Positions 50,003 to 60,024 of a DNA stretch of 64,000 nucleotides are shown piece by piece. Positions within the stretch are counted from its first letter, which is position 1. Each line of letters starts with the position of its first letter. The stretch lies in contig CAVVNQ010000006.1 in the NCBI GenBank assembly GCA_963749705.1, forward strand, positions 160,001 to 224,000, in the 5' to 3' direction. The notes under the pieces are model-generated. The model did not search any database. It saw only the letters and a list, made by a program, of their open reading frames with translations, and had not been told where the DNA came from. The position numbers and the translations under genes were made by a program. Origin of the DNA: an uncultured Chloroflexia bacterium. Lineage in GTDB: Bacteria > Chloroflexota > Limnocylindria > Limnocylindrales > CSP1-4.

Positions 50003-50049
50003 TCAGACGTCCTTCCCGTTGTCGCTCATCGCAGTGCAGGCGACCCGCC

Positions 50050-50937
50050 TCATTTGGCAGCGCCAAGGCTCAGGCCCTCGACGAGACGGCGGCCAAACCA
50101 GATGTACATGGCGAGGATGGGCATGACGATGATGCAGATGCCCGCATACAACAAACCCCAGTCCGCACCGGTGAACTGGAACGTGCCCAAGAGACCGAAG
50201 AGGGCCAGCGGCAGTGTCTCATACCTCGTGTCCTGTATGAAAATGAGCGCAAACAGCAGTTCATTCCACAGCCCCATGATGTTGAGGATGAGCGCGGTGA
50301 TCAACCCGGCTCGGGCCAGGGGCAGCATGACCAATCGGAATGTCTGGAACGGTGAGCAGCCGTCAATGGCGGCGGCTGCTTCGAGAGTGCTTGGCAGCGA
50401 CCGGAAGAAGCCGGTTAGCAAGAAGACCGTGAACGGCAAAGACGCAGCGACGTAGATGACGTATAGGCCGACGAGGCTATTTGTGAGACCGAGCGGCTGC
50501 AGCATCACGAACAACGGGATGACAACGAGCTGATCGGGGATGCCAATCCCTACGATGAACAGGAGAGTCAGCGCGCTCGAAACCCGACCCGCGATTCGAG
50601 CCAGGGCGTACGCAGCTGGAGCGGCGATCGCGACGATTGTAAGCGCCGATGCCGCGACCACGAGGGTCGAATTCAGTGCAGCCTGTCCGAAGTTTGTGAC
50701 GTCCCAGGCTCCGACGTAGTTCTCAAAGTGGAAGGCTGTTGGCGGCGACCAAGGACCATAGACGATCTCGCGCGATGTCTTCAGCGAAGACCCGACAATC
50801 CACAACAGGATGAAGACGTTGAAGGCAACCACCGCCCATGCGGCCAAACTGCCGACGCGCTGAATGGCTCCCGTTCCGTGCGCAGCCGGGGCTGGCCGGC
50901 CGCCTCTCCGGCGACGGCGCAGCGTCAATGCGGTCAT
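50050..50937 (-). CDS. Carbohydrate ABC transporter permease
   Basis: ENY, LEAAAAIDG (EAA loop), WNE. Confidence 0.92.
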   Translation of the reverse strand: MTALTLRRRRRGGRPAPAAHGTGAIQRVGSLAAWAVVAFNVFILLWIVGSSLKTSREIVYGPWSPPTAFHFENYVGAWDVTNFGQAALNSTLVVAASALTIVAIAAPAAYALARIAGRVSSALTLLFIVGIGIPDQLVVIPLFVMLQPLGLTNSLVGLYVIYVAASLPFTVFLLTGFFRSLPSTLEAAAAIDGCSPFQTFRLVMLPLARAGLITALILNIMGLWNELLFALIFIQDTRYETLPLALFGLLGTFQFTGADWGLLYAGICIIVMPILAMYIWFGRRLVEGLSLGAAK

Positions 50938-50956
50938 CGGCGCAATCCCTCCGCCA

Positions 50957-51919
50957 TTAGAAATGAATGGCCTCGCGCCGCATGAGTCTGCGCAACACGA
51001 CGACGAAGACAATCACGAGTAGGAGCATCACGAAAGCCGCCGCGGAAGCGTAGCCCAGTTGGTACGAAGGTATGCTTCCCCCGAACGATTCCCCATATAC
51101 GAACACCGCCGAATCCCAGGTTCGGAGCGGTGGCAAGCCAGAACCGGTCGAAGACGCGACGATGAAGTCGAAGATCTTGATGCTGTTGATCGTCCACAAG
51201 ACTGCCGCTACGGAAACCACATCCCACATGAGCGGTAGCGTCACGAAGCGGAAGTGCTGGAGCGGACTGGCCCCCGCGATCTCGGCGTCCTCGTACAGGG
51301 AACTGGGGATCCGGTCGACCCCGGCCATCAGGATCGTAACGTAGAAGCCGGTCATGATCCAGGTGAGCGCGATCATGATCATGTTGAACCGATTGTCGAG
51401 GTCCAGCCATCTCGGCCCTTCGACCCCCAGGAGGCCTTGAATTGCCGAATTCACGAGCCCGCCTGACTGGAATAGGTACCCCCATACAATCGCAAGGACG
51501 ATCGAGCTGACGATGCTCGGGAAAAACAGGATCGCAATGACCGTCCGTCTTGCGGCCATCTGGCGCAGGACCATGATCAGGGCGAAGCTGAAGAGGAACA
51601 CTGCGCCCCCGACGACCACCAGAAGCTCAAGCGTATTTACGAACGCGATCTGAAAAGCGTTGTCCTGAAAGAGAATCGCGTAGTTGTCGAGCCCTCGCCA
51701 GCTCAGCGGCCCGCTGCCGCGCCAGCTGAACAGGCTGAGCCCGACGGTCATGACCACCGGCGCGAGGAAGATCGCGACGTAGACGACAACCGCCGGCAGG
51801 ACGAACGGAAGGAAGATCCGTCGCCGCTGCGCGTCGACCGGATTGCCGGCCGGCGCGCGCAACCCGGCCCCCCCGCCTCGCGGGGGGGCCGGGTCAGAGC
51901 GCTGTATGGCGCTGGTCAC
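50957..51919 (-). CDS. Carbohydrate ABC transporter permease
   Basis: GLDNY, LYEDAEIAGA, GYASA. Confidence 0.92.
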   Translation of the reverse strand: MTSAIQRSDPAPPRGGGAGLRAPAGNPVDAQRRRIFLPFVLPAVVVYVAIFLAPVVMTVGLSLFSWRGSGPLSWRGLDNYAILFQDNAFQIAFVNTLELLVVVGGAVFLFSFALIMVLRQMAARRTVIAILFFPSIVSSIVLAIVWGYLFQSGGLVNSAIQGLLGVEGPRWLDLDNRFNMIMIALTWIMTGFYVTILMAGVDRIPSSLYEDAEIAGASPLQHFRFVTLPLMWDVVSVAAVLWTINSIKIFDFIVASSTGSGLPPLRTWDSAVFVYGESFGGSIPSYQLGYASAAAFVMLLLVIVFVVVLRRLMRREAIHF

Positions 51920-51924
51920 TTTCC

Positions 51925-53283
51925 TTATCCTTGGAGCTTCCAGAAGTCGATCGAAGCCCTCTTGACGTTGGCAACGAATTCCTCGGCGCTGACCTTGCCC
52001 AAGAGAAGCTCCTGGCTCGCCGGCTGGAAGATCTTCTGCATGTAGTCCGGGATACCGTAGAGCCCGTCGGAGCTCTCACCGAACGGCCTGCTGTCGATGG
52101 CAGCCTTGAGACTCGTGAGCTGTGAGGGCACGGAGACGTCAGCACGCGGCGTGAGGTTGAGCGACTCCGTGGCGATGCCTGCGAGGCGGTCCTTGTTGAG
52201 GAAGTAGGCCATGAACTGCTCCGCTTGTGCCGCGTTCTTGGCCTTCGCCGGGATCGACCAGCCAATGGCTCCTACCTCGACTGAGGGGGTGGCTGTGCCG
52301 AGCGACGGGAATTGGAATGAGTCGTACTGGAAGCCAGCTTTCGCGTCTGGTGCCGTCTCACTCGGAGCCCAGATGCCCATCAGGAGGAAGTCGGCGTTGC
52401 CCTGGGCCCAGGCCTGCTGCATCGCCGGCCATGCGCTGCTGTCGTAGCCCTTGATGAAGTAGCCGCCCTTGACGAGCTGTTCGACCGCCTTGGCCGCGGC
52501 GAGGACCCTCGGATCGTCCCACGCGGCGCCGCTCTTGTCAGAGGCGGTCGCGTGGAGGTTACCCGCGCCGAGCGCTGAGATCAGGGCTGCGGTGGTCCAC
52601 ATGGAGTCGTAGTCAGGCTGATCACCGTCGAGCGCGAGCCCCGCTCGGCCCGCGGCCTTCTCCTCGTCGAGAACCTTGATGAACGCGTCCCACGTCATCG
52701 GCGGGTTCGCGGCAACGTTCGGAAGATCGGCCGCGTTGAACCACATCGCGGATGATGTGATTTCGTAGGGGACCATGAACGGCGCGCCGGCGTCGTCTCG
52801 CACGACGTCTACGAACTTGGACGGAATCACGTCCGACACCTTCGTGCCGGGCTCGCCCGCTACCTCCAGCGCATAGGCATCGGTCAGATCCTTGGCCTGG
52901 CCGTTGGGAACGAGCGCGCCGCGCATGTTGGCTGCACCCTGGTCAACGAGATCCGGGACCTGGTCCGTATTGAGCGTCGGCAGCAGCTTGGTCAGGTTTC
53001 CCCGGCCCTGCCACTGGACGTCGACCGTGATCCCCGTGTCTTTGGTGAACGAGTCGATCGCAGCCTGAAGCACCTTCTGCTGCGGCTCGCCTTCCTTCCA
53101 CATCGCCCAATACGTAAACGAGCCCGGTTCCGCGCTCGGACCAGCCGACGGCGCAGCACTGCCGGCCGCTTCGCTCGCTGCGCTGCTGGCCGCCGGGCTG
53201 CCGGACGAACTGCCGCAACTGGCGACGACGAGAGCCATGGCACCGGCAGCGAGCCACCATCGTGCTTTAGAACGTCGATCCAT
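51925..53283 (-). CDS. Carbohydrate ABC substrate-binding lipoprotein
   Basis: AGGAGGAG SD before ATG 53283, lipobox VASC, family-1 SBP pattern. Confidence 0.9.
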   Translation of the reverse strand: MDRRSKARWWLAAGAMALVVASCGSSSGSPAASSAASEAAGSAAPSAGPSAEPGSFTYWAMWKEGEPQQKVLQAAIDSFTKDTGITVDVQWQGRGNLTKLLPTLNTDQVPDLVDQGAANMRGALVPNGQAKDLTDAYALEVAGEPGTKVSDVIPSKFVDVVRDDAGAPFMVPYEITSSAMWFNAADLPNVAANPPMTWDAFIKVLDEEKAAGRAGLALDGDQPDYDSMWTTAALISALGAGNLHATASDKSGAAWDDPRVLAAAKAVEQLVKGGYFIKGYDSSAWPAMQQAWAQGNADFLLMGIWAPSETAPDAKAGFQYDSFQFPSLGTATPSVEVGAIGWSIPAKAKNAAQAEQFMAYFLNKDRLAGIATESLNLTPRADVSVPSQLTSLKAAIDSRPFGESSDGLYGIPDYMQKIFQPASQELLLGKVSAEEFVANVKRASIDFWKLQG

Positions 53284-53535
53284 AACCTTGCTCCTCCTGC
53301 TGCCGGGCCACATACCCATGGCTCCTAGCAAAGCGAACATGATTGGCACAAGAACTGCCACAAGATGGGTGGTCACGGTGTCGATGTCAAGAACCGAGTT
53401 CACCCTAAGAAGGTCGGTTGCAGCATATGGAGCAGGAGCGGCAGTCGCGAGATGACCTCACGTTACGCGGCATGGGTAGAGCTCCGTCCGGGGTTCAGCG
53501 ACTGCAACCGGGTTGTGCAGCCTGAAACTGGAGCA

Positions 53536-53564
53536 TTGACACCGGGTGCCGCTTGCGCCACGAT
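53536..53564 (+). promoter_or_regulatory. sigma70-type promoter flanked by TGGAGCATT direct repeats
   Basis: TTGACA-N17-CACGAT; TGGAGCATT at 53529 and 53566. Confidence 0.6.
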
Positions 53565-53643
53565 TTGGAGCATTACCGTCGATGCGAATGCTGGCGAATT
53601 CTCTTGGCTTGCTGCCGCCCGACGCGAGAAGGAGGGTAGCGCC

Positions 53644-55686
53644 ATCAGTGACCTGCGCATTGAGAGCCTGGTGCTGCCGGGCGCCGAGCTTGGGCCTACG
53701 AACCCGCTCCCTCAGCTGGTTGGCCCGGGTGTCGCGTTCGAGGCGGGGCCCGGGGTACCCGACGAGATCGTCAGGAATGCCCGCTATGGGGGAGTGCCCG
53801 GTAGCCTGCCGTACCTCTTTCAGGACGGCTTTGGGCGAGAGCGACCGGATCGGGCCCTCAAGGTCGCGGTGCTTGAGAACGAGGTCCTTCGCGCGACATT
53901 CCTGCTCGAGTATGGCGGGAGGCTCTGGTCGCTCGTTCACCGGCCCTCTGGGCGAGAGCTCCTGTACCGCAACCCGATCTTCCAGCCCGTGAACATCGGC
54001 CTGCGCGGGGCCTGGTTCTCGGGCGGGGTTGAGTGGAGCATCGGGACAATCGGGCACTGCCCGCTGACCTGCGAGTCGCTCCATGCCGCTCGGGTCGAAG
54101 GCCCCGACGGAGCCCCCATCCTCCGCCTCTACGAATGGGAGCGCCTTCGGGGGACGCCATTTCAGATCGATGCGTATCTTCCCGATGGCTCCCCGGTGCT
54201 GTACCTGAACTTCCGGATCCGGAATCCGCACGACACTGAGATCCCGATGTACTGGTGGTCGAACATCGCGGTGAGCGAACGAGACGACGTCCGCGTCGTT
54301 GCCCCGACCGAGTCCTCGTATCTGGCGGACGCCGCGCACGTTCTCCGAAAGGTTCCGTTCCCCATCCAGAACGGAGTCGATGTGTCCTACCCGACCGCGA
54401 TCCTCGGCGGCAGCGCCTCGGACTTCTTCGACGTCCAGTCCAAGCGTCGTCCATGGTTCGCGGCTGTCGGGCGCGATGGTCGGGGGCTCGTCCAATTCTC
54501 GACTGACCGCCTCCAGGGCCGGAAGAGGTTCGCCTGGGGCATGTCACCGGGCGGTCGTTGGTGGCAGGACTTTCTGTCAGAGCCGGGGCACCCATACCTG
54601 GAGATCCAAGCAGGACTCGCCAAGACGCAGGCCGAACACCTACCGATGCCGGCCGGGGCGTCCTGGTCCTGGGCAGAAGCCTATGGGCTACTCGAGGTCG
54701 ATCCGGATCCCGTCCACGGTTCCTGGGAGTCCGCACGGCGCACCGTGCAGGAGGCGGTCGCGAACCTCGATTCGACGACGAACGTGGACGCTGAACTCGC
54801 AACACTCGGCGCATTCGCGGACAACGCACCGGTCGAGGCGCTGCATTCCGGGTCAGGCTGGGGCGCGCTAGAACGACGACGCCGCGCCTCGGCAGGTGAA
54901 CCGTCGGCGGATTCTGCTGGACTTCCGTTCGGCGATGACACGCTAGGACCCGAACAGGCACCTTGGCTCGCTCTCCTCGACGAGGGACGGCTCCCGGCGT
55001 CAGATCCAAGCCTGCCGCCGATCAACTACATGGTGGACGCGCAGTGGCGAAGGCTCCTGGAAGCCAGCCCCGAGTCGTGGCTGATGCAGCTCCACCTCGG
55101 GGTGATGCAGTTCCATTCGGGTGACCACGCGGCGGCTCGAGCGGCGTGGGCAAGATCGCTCGAATTGGCGGTGAACCCGTGGGCGATCCGTAATCTCGCG
55201 GCCGTCGACCGCCTCGAAGGAGAGCACGGCAGGGCGGCCGAGCGTCTGTTGAAGGCGCTTGAAATGGCGCCCGGACTCCGACCCCTCGTCGTCGAGACAG
55301 TCCGGACACTGATCGAAGCCGGCCGCCCGGCCGATGGCCTCAGCGTGATCGACGCATTGGATCCTGACCTCAGGGCCCACGGCCGAATCCGAGTCGTCGA
55401 GGCGAGCGCCGCGCTCGAGGCGGGGGATCTCGATCGAGCGGAGCGCATCCTCGCCGACGATCTCGTCGTGCCTGACTTTGGCGGCCACAGTCGTGGTGAT
55501 GAGATCTGGCCCGATCGGCTTTGGTACGAACTCTACGAGCGGCGCCTCGCAGAGGCAGAGGGGGTACCGATCAACGACGAGCTGCGGTTGCGCGTTCGTC
55601 GCGAGCACCCGGTGCCGGCAATCTACGACCACCGGGACCACCGGGACCCAACGGCCCTCAAGCTTCGGTCAGGGCTCTCCGGGTAG
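53644..55686 (+). CDS. DUF5107 domain protein with C-terminal TPR-like repeats (apparent ATC start)
   Basis: VLENEVLRATFL..GGRLWSL, ELLYRNPIFQP, WFSGGVEW, YWWSNIAV, YLEIQAGL. Confidence 0.85.
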   Translation: MSDLRIESLVLPGAELGPTNPLPQLVGPGVAFEAGPGVPDEIVRNARYGGVPGSLPYLFQDGFGRERPDRALKVAVLENEVLRATFLLEYGGRLWSLVHRPSGRELLYRNPIFQPVNIGLRGAWFSGGVEWSIGTIGHCPLTCESLHAARVEGPDGAPILRLYEWERLRGTPFQIDAYLPDGSPVLYLNFRIRNPHDTEIPMYWWSNIAVSERDDVRVVAPTESSYLADAAHVLRKVPFPIQNGVDVSYPTAILGGSASDFFDVQSKRRPWFAAVGRDGRGLVQFSTDRLQGRKRFAWGMSPGGRWWQDFLSEPGHPYLEIQAGLAKTQAEHLPMPAGASWSWAEAYGLLEVDPDPVHGSWESARRTVQEAVANLDSTTNVDAELATLGAFADNAPVEALHSGSGWGALERRRRASAGEPSADSAGLPFGDDTLGPEQAPWLALLDEGRLPASDPSLPPINYMVDAQWRRLLEASPESWLMQLHLGVMQFHSGDHAAARAAWARSLELAVNPWAIRNLAAVDRLEGEHGRAAERLLKALEMAPGLRPLVVETVRTLIEAGRPADGLSVIDALDPDLRAHGRIRVVEASAALEAGDLDRAERILADDLVVPDFGGHSRGDEIWPDRLWYELYERRLAEAEGVPINDELRLRVRREHPVPAIYDHRDHRDPTALKLRSGLSG

Positions 55687-55890
55687 AGCAACTCCTGGCC
55701 CAGGGCATCACCTTCGTTCAGTCCGGATCAGTGCCGTACGCCGAGTCCGAGTGGGGTTTGGCTCGCACGGCCATGCGTAGATAGGCGGCCGTGCGGTCCG
55801 GGCGCTGTCTCGTTCGCGTCGCGCGGCCGCCAGCGGACCATGCGCTCGTTGCACGGCAGACCCGATGCGCAGAGAGGACGCGCGAAACCG

Positions 55891-56874
55891 ATGACGGATC
55901 TGGTCACGTTCGGCGAGGCGATGGTCCGCCTGTCCCCGCCCGGGCACCGCCGGCTCGAACAGGCGACGAGCCTCGAAGTGACCGTCGGCGGCGCCGAGCT
56001 GAACGTCGCGGCCGGCGCGGCGCGCCTCGGTCTGCAGACAAAGTGGGTCTCCTGCCTGCCCGACAACCCGCTTGGACGGATGGTCCGGAACAAGGCGCGC
56101 GAGTTCGGGGTCGACACGAGTTGCATCGCGTGGGATCCGGGGGCACGGATGGGCCTCTACTTCGTGGAGTACGGCGCCTCCCCGCGGCCGAGCAGCGTTC
56201 TCTACGACCGCAACCCCTCGGCGATGAATGACCTGCGCGCGAACTTCGACTGGGACGCCATCCTCGACGGAGCCCGGGCCTTCCACGCGACCGGGATCAC
56301 GACCGCGCTCTCTGAGCGAAACGCCGAGCAGGTCGCGACGGGCCTCCATACCGCCCGGGCCAAGGGTGTCCTCACGAGCTACGACCTGAACTTCCGGTCC
56401 AAGCTCTGGTCGAAGGAGCGAGCGCGGGCGGTTCAGGAGCCACTCATGGGGCTGGTCGACGTCTTGATGACGACCGAGGAGGATGTGACAACTGTCTTCG
56501 GGATCCGGGCAAGCGACTGCCGCGAGGCTGCGCGAGAGCTCGCGCAGCGGTTCGGCTGCAAGATCGTGACGATCACCCTCAGGGGCGATATCTCCGTCCT
56601 TCGCAACACATGGACCGCGGTCGCGTGTAGCGATGGGTCGTTCTACGACGATCGGACGTATGACATCGAGATCGTCGACCGGGTTGGCGGCGGGGATGCC
56701 TACGCCGCCGGGTTCCTCTTCGGGGTGCTCAGTGGCGATGTTGCGAAAGGCGTTAGATACGGCAACGCCTTCAGCGCACTGAAGCAGTCGTCATGGGGCG
56801 ACTTCAGCTGGGCGACGCTGGCGGAGGTCGAAGCACAGGTCGCGGGCTCCGGCGGCCTGCGGATCGTGCGCTGA
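55891..56874 (+). CDS. kdgK: 2-keto-3-deoxygluconate kinase (PfkB family)
   Basis: FGEAMVRL, GGAELNVA, DLNFRSKLW, DRVGGGDAYAAG; adjacent to eda. Confidence 0.85.
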   Translation: MTDLVTFGEAMVRLSPPGHRRLEQATSLEVTVGGAELNVAAGAARLGLQTKWVSCLPDNPLGRMVRNKAREFGVDTSCIAWDPGARMGLYFVEYGASPRPSSVLYDRNPSAMNDLRANFDWDAILDGARAFHATGITTALSERNAEQVATGLHTARAKGVLTSYDLNFRSKLWSKERARAVQEPLMGLVDVLMTTEEDVTTVFGIRASDCREAARELAQRFGCKIVTITLRGDISVLRNTWTAVACSDGSFYDDRTYDIEIVDRVGGGDAYAAGFLFGVLSGDVAKGVRYGNAFSALKQSSWGDFSWATLAEVEAQVAGSGGLRIVR

Positions 56875-56993
56875 TGTCCACACAGATGGCCTCGCCGTGT
56901 GCTCTGACTCAGACGAGCGGCTCGCTGTCGAGCTGCGGGAACACCCTCGCGGCCCGCGTCATTGGCTCCGCGGCGCGTAGACAGGAGACGACG

Positions 56994-57677
56994 ATGGACA
57001 AGCATGTCCGGCTCGCCCGGATCTTCGACTCGGGCGTCATCGCGATCGTGCGACTCGATTCCGCCGACCAACTCCTGCGGGTCGCCGAGGCAATGATGGC
57101 CGGTGGGGTTGACGTGATCGAGTTCACGATGACGACGCCCGGCGCCCTCGACGTGATCCGGAAGGCGTCCGACCGCTTCGGCGACGAGATCCTCCTCGGC
57201 GTGGGGACCGTGCTCGACCCCGAAACCGCCCGGGCAGCTATCCTCGCCGGGGCCCGTTTTGTGGTCACCCCCACGCTCCGGCATGAGGCCATCGAGCTCT
57301 GCAATCGCTATAGCGCCCCGATCTGTGCGGGCGCGTACACGCCGACCGAGATCCTCACTGCCTGGGAGTGGGGCGCCGATCTCGTCAAGGTCTTTCCGGC
57401 GACCTCACTGGGGCCAGGCTACATCCGCGACGTCCTCGCTCCCCTTCCCCAGATCCGACTCGTGCCGACCGGCGGCGTGAGCAGGGACAACGTCGCGGCC
57501 TTCATCCTGGCCGGGGCTGCCGCTGTCGCGGTTGGGAGCAGGCTGGTCGACCGCACGGTTGTCGCAGCCGGAGACTGGGCCACGCTGACTGCAAACGCCA
57601 AGGCTTTCTCCGAGGCGGTCCGAGCGGCAAGAGAGCCAACGGCCGGGTCGGAGCAAGAACGTGGGTGGGAAGAATGA
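56994..57677 (+). CDS. eda: KDPG/KHG aldolase
   Basis: IAIVR, EFT, GVGTVL, TPTE, VKVFPA, PTGGV; CAGGAG SD. Confidence 0.92.
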   Translation: MDKHVRLARIFDSGVIAIVRLDSADQLLRVAEAMMAGGVDVIEFTMTTPGALDVIRKASDRFGDEILLGVGTVLDPETARAAILAGARFVVTPTLRHEAIELCNRYSAPICAGAYTPTEILTAWEWGADLVKVFPATSLGPGYIRDVLAPLPQIRLVPTGGVSRDNVAAFILAGAAAVAVGSRLVDRTVVAAGDWATLTANAKAFSEAVRAAREPTAGSEQERGWEE

Positions 57678-57714
57678 TTGATGCGTGTCGCGCTAGACCC
57701 CGCCGGACCAAACT

Positions 57715-58060
57715 GTGCTCGTACGAGGGCCGCTTCTACACGTTCCACGACGCGCTAACCGCGCCGCGGCCGATCCAGGCCTGTCTGCCGATCCTCGTCG
57801 GCGGCTCGGGTCCCCGGAAGCCGCTCCGCAGCGTCGCCCTCCAAGCCGACGCCTCGAACACGGCTGGCTGGCTCGCCGAGGTCCGAGCGCAAATGGCCAA
57901 CCTCGAGCGGCACTGCGTGGAGGTCGGCCGTGACCCGCGCGAGAGCGAGCGGACGCTCAGCTTTCCGATTGTCATCCGGGACAGCCGCCGGGCCGCGGAG
58001 GCCGCGTTCGCCACCCTCGTCGCGCACAACAGGGCGTCGAAGGCCGGTGAGGTGGTTTGA
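57715..58060 (+). pseudogene. LLM-class (luciferase-like) oxidoreductase internal fragment
   Basis: YEGRFY..PRPIQ..PILVGGSG..ERHCVEVGRDP; N-terminal half absent. Confidence 0.75.
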
Positions 58061-58061
58061 G

Positions 58062-58952
58062 ATGGAACGGATCGGCTGGATCGGGCTCGGCCTCATGGGG
58101 AGCCGGATGCTCCCCCATCTCCTTCGGGCGGGGCATCCCGCGACCATCTATGCGCGCAACCCTTCGTCCGCGCTGGTGTTCCTCGAGGCTGGGGCGGTTC
58201 AGGTAGAAACCCCGACGGCGGTCGCCGCAGCGTCGGACGTTGTCTTTACGATCGTGTCGATGCCGGCAGATGTCGAGGCGGTCTACCTTGGCCCCGACGG
58301 CCTGCTCGCGGGCGCCCGGCCGGGGTCGATCCTCGTCGACATGACGACGAGCAGCCCCGAGCTCGCCCGCCAGATAGCCGCGGCCGGCGAGGCGGCCGGA
58401 CTCAACGTCCTCGACGCGCCGGTCAGTGGCGGGCCCAGCGGCGCGGAAACTGCCTCACTTTCGATCATGATCGGCGGGCGTGATGAGGTCGTTGCTCGCG
58501 TCCGGCCAATCCTCGAGCGCTTGGGGACGGCCGTGGTCCACCAGGGGCCGGCAGGGGCGGGCCAGAGCGCGAAGATCGCGAACCAGATCGCCGCCGGCGG
58601 GTCGATGCTCGGGATCTGCGAGGCCTTCCTGTTCGCGGAGGCCAGCGGCTTGGACTCGGAGGCGGTGCTCGAGACGCTTGGCGCGGGGATTGCAGGCTCC
58701 GGTCTCATGCGGTTCATATGGCCACGGATCGCGGCCGGCGATCTCGAGCCCGGCTTCCGCGTCGAGCACTTTATCAAGGACCTCGGCCTCGCCTTGGAGG
58801 CCGGCCACATGTCGACGATTGCTCTTCCAGGGACGGCACTCGTGAAGGAGCTCTACCACGCTGTGCAGGCCGCCGGGTACACCGGAAAGGGAACCCAGGC
58901 CTTGATCACTGCCATCGACCGGCATTGGGATAAGCGGGAGGATTTACCATGA
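58062..58952 (+). CDS. NAD(P)-dependent beta-hydroxyacid dehydrogenase (3-hydroxyisobutyrate/tartronate semialdehyde reductase family)
   Basis: GWIGLGLMG, DMTTS, DAPVSGG, KIANQ, FIKDL. Confidence 0.92.
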   Translation: MERIGWIGLGLMGSRMLPHLLRAGHPATIYARNPSSALVFLEAGAVQVETPTAVAAASDVVFTIVSMPADVEAVYLGPDGLLAGARPGSILVDMTTSSPELARQIAAAGEAAGLNVLDAPVSGGPSGAETASLSIMIGGRDEVVARVRPILERLGTAVVHQGPAGAGQSAKIANQIAAGGSMLGICEAFLFAEASGLDSEAVLETLGAGIAGSGLMRFIWPRIAAGDLEPGFRVEHFIKDLGLALEAGHMSTIALPGTALVKELYHAVQAAGYTGKGTQALITAIDRHWDKREDLP

Positions 58953-59028
58953 GTGGCGACGACGTTCTCGTGAACGACAGCGGACGACCTCGGTGGCTGC
59001 CGCGTTGTCGTATGGGCGAGGTCGGAGA

Positions 59029-59859
59029 ATGACGGGCATTGGTGGTTTTGCTGACGCGCTGATCGTGGACACTCACGTCCACGTCTGGCCGCATGGCATG
59101 GTCCATCCCTTGCAGCGAGTGCAAGTCCCGATGAAGGCAGCGCCGGCGGACCTTGTCGCGACGCTGGATGCGGGCGGTGTCGGCGCAGCCGTCGTCTGCC
59201 CGGCGATGGTCCACCCGGACAATGGCTATGTCCTCGGGTTTGCGGGGACCTTGCCTGAGCGGATCCTGGCGGTCGTCTTGATCGACCCGCGTGATCGCGC
59301 AGCGGTCGAATTGGTACCGCGCCATGCGGCTCAAGGCGCCGTCGGGGTTCGAGTCAATGCGCACGCCGCGCCGCTCGAAAGCGACGAGGACTTGGCTGGC
59401 TTGGACGCCATGGTCGACGCCGCGAGCGCGGCAGGGCTCGTTATCCAGTGGACGGTCCCCCTGCGTTCGGCCGGTCTCATCGAGCGAGCGGCTGCCCGCG
59501 CCCGCAATGCCCGCCAGGTACTCGATCACCTCGGCCTCCCGGTGGACGCCAGCGATCTGACCGCACTCGACCGGATCCGCGCCCTGGCGGCGATCCCCGG
59601 GCTCAACGTCAAGCTATCTGGGATGTACAACCTTTCGCGCGCTGGGTATCCATACGCGGACACGTGGCCGTGGATTGAAGCGGTCGTGGATGCTTTCGGC
59701 CCTCAGCGAACGATGTGGGGTTCTGACTGGCCGTTCGTCGGCGAACACGGATCCTACGCTCAGCAGCTCACGCTCATCGAGCAGATGCCATTCCTCGATA
59801 CGGCGGCAAGGCGGTCGATCCTGGGAGGCACGGCCATCCAGGTGTGGTCGCACCTGTGA
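59029..59859 (+). CDS. Amidohydrolase family 2 protein (lactonase-like)
   Basis: DTHVHVW, LDHLG, VKLSG, MWGSDWP. Confidence 0.9.
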   Translation: MTGIGGFADALIVDTHVHVWPHGMVHPLQRVQVPMKAAPADLVATLDAGGVGAAVVCPAMVHPDNGYVLGFAGTLPERILAVVLIDPRDRAAVELVPRHAAQGAVGVRVNAHAAPLESDEDLAGLDAMVDAASAAGLVIQWTVPLRSAGLIERAAARARNARQVLDHLGLPVDASDLTALDRIRALAAIPGLNVKLSGMYNLSRAGYPYADTWPWIEAVVDAFGPQRTMWGSDWPFVGEHGSYAQQLTLIEQMPFLDTAARRSILGGTAIQVWSHL

Positions 59860-60024
59860 CGCGGCACTGCCGCAGGCATCTGTGGGTACGCCCTGGTGTT
59901 GTCTGTGCCGCGAATGGGGGACATCGTTGCCTGTTTTCCGCTGTGGAGACTACAACGCGGGCTTGCTGACTGCGATGGCGGTCGGAGGGCGGCACGCGAA
60001 TCTCGAGAGTTGAGGTGCCTCAAG

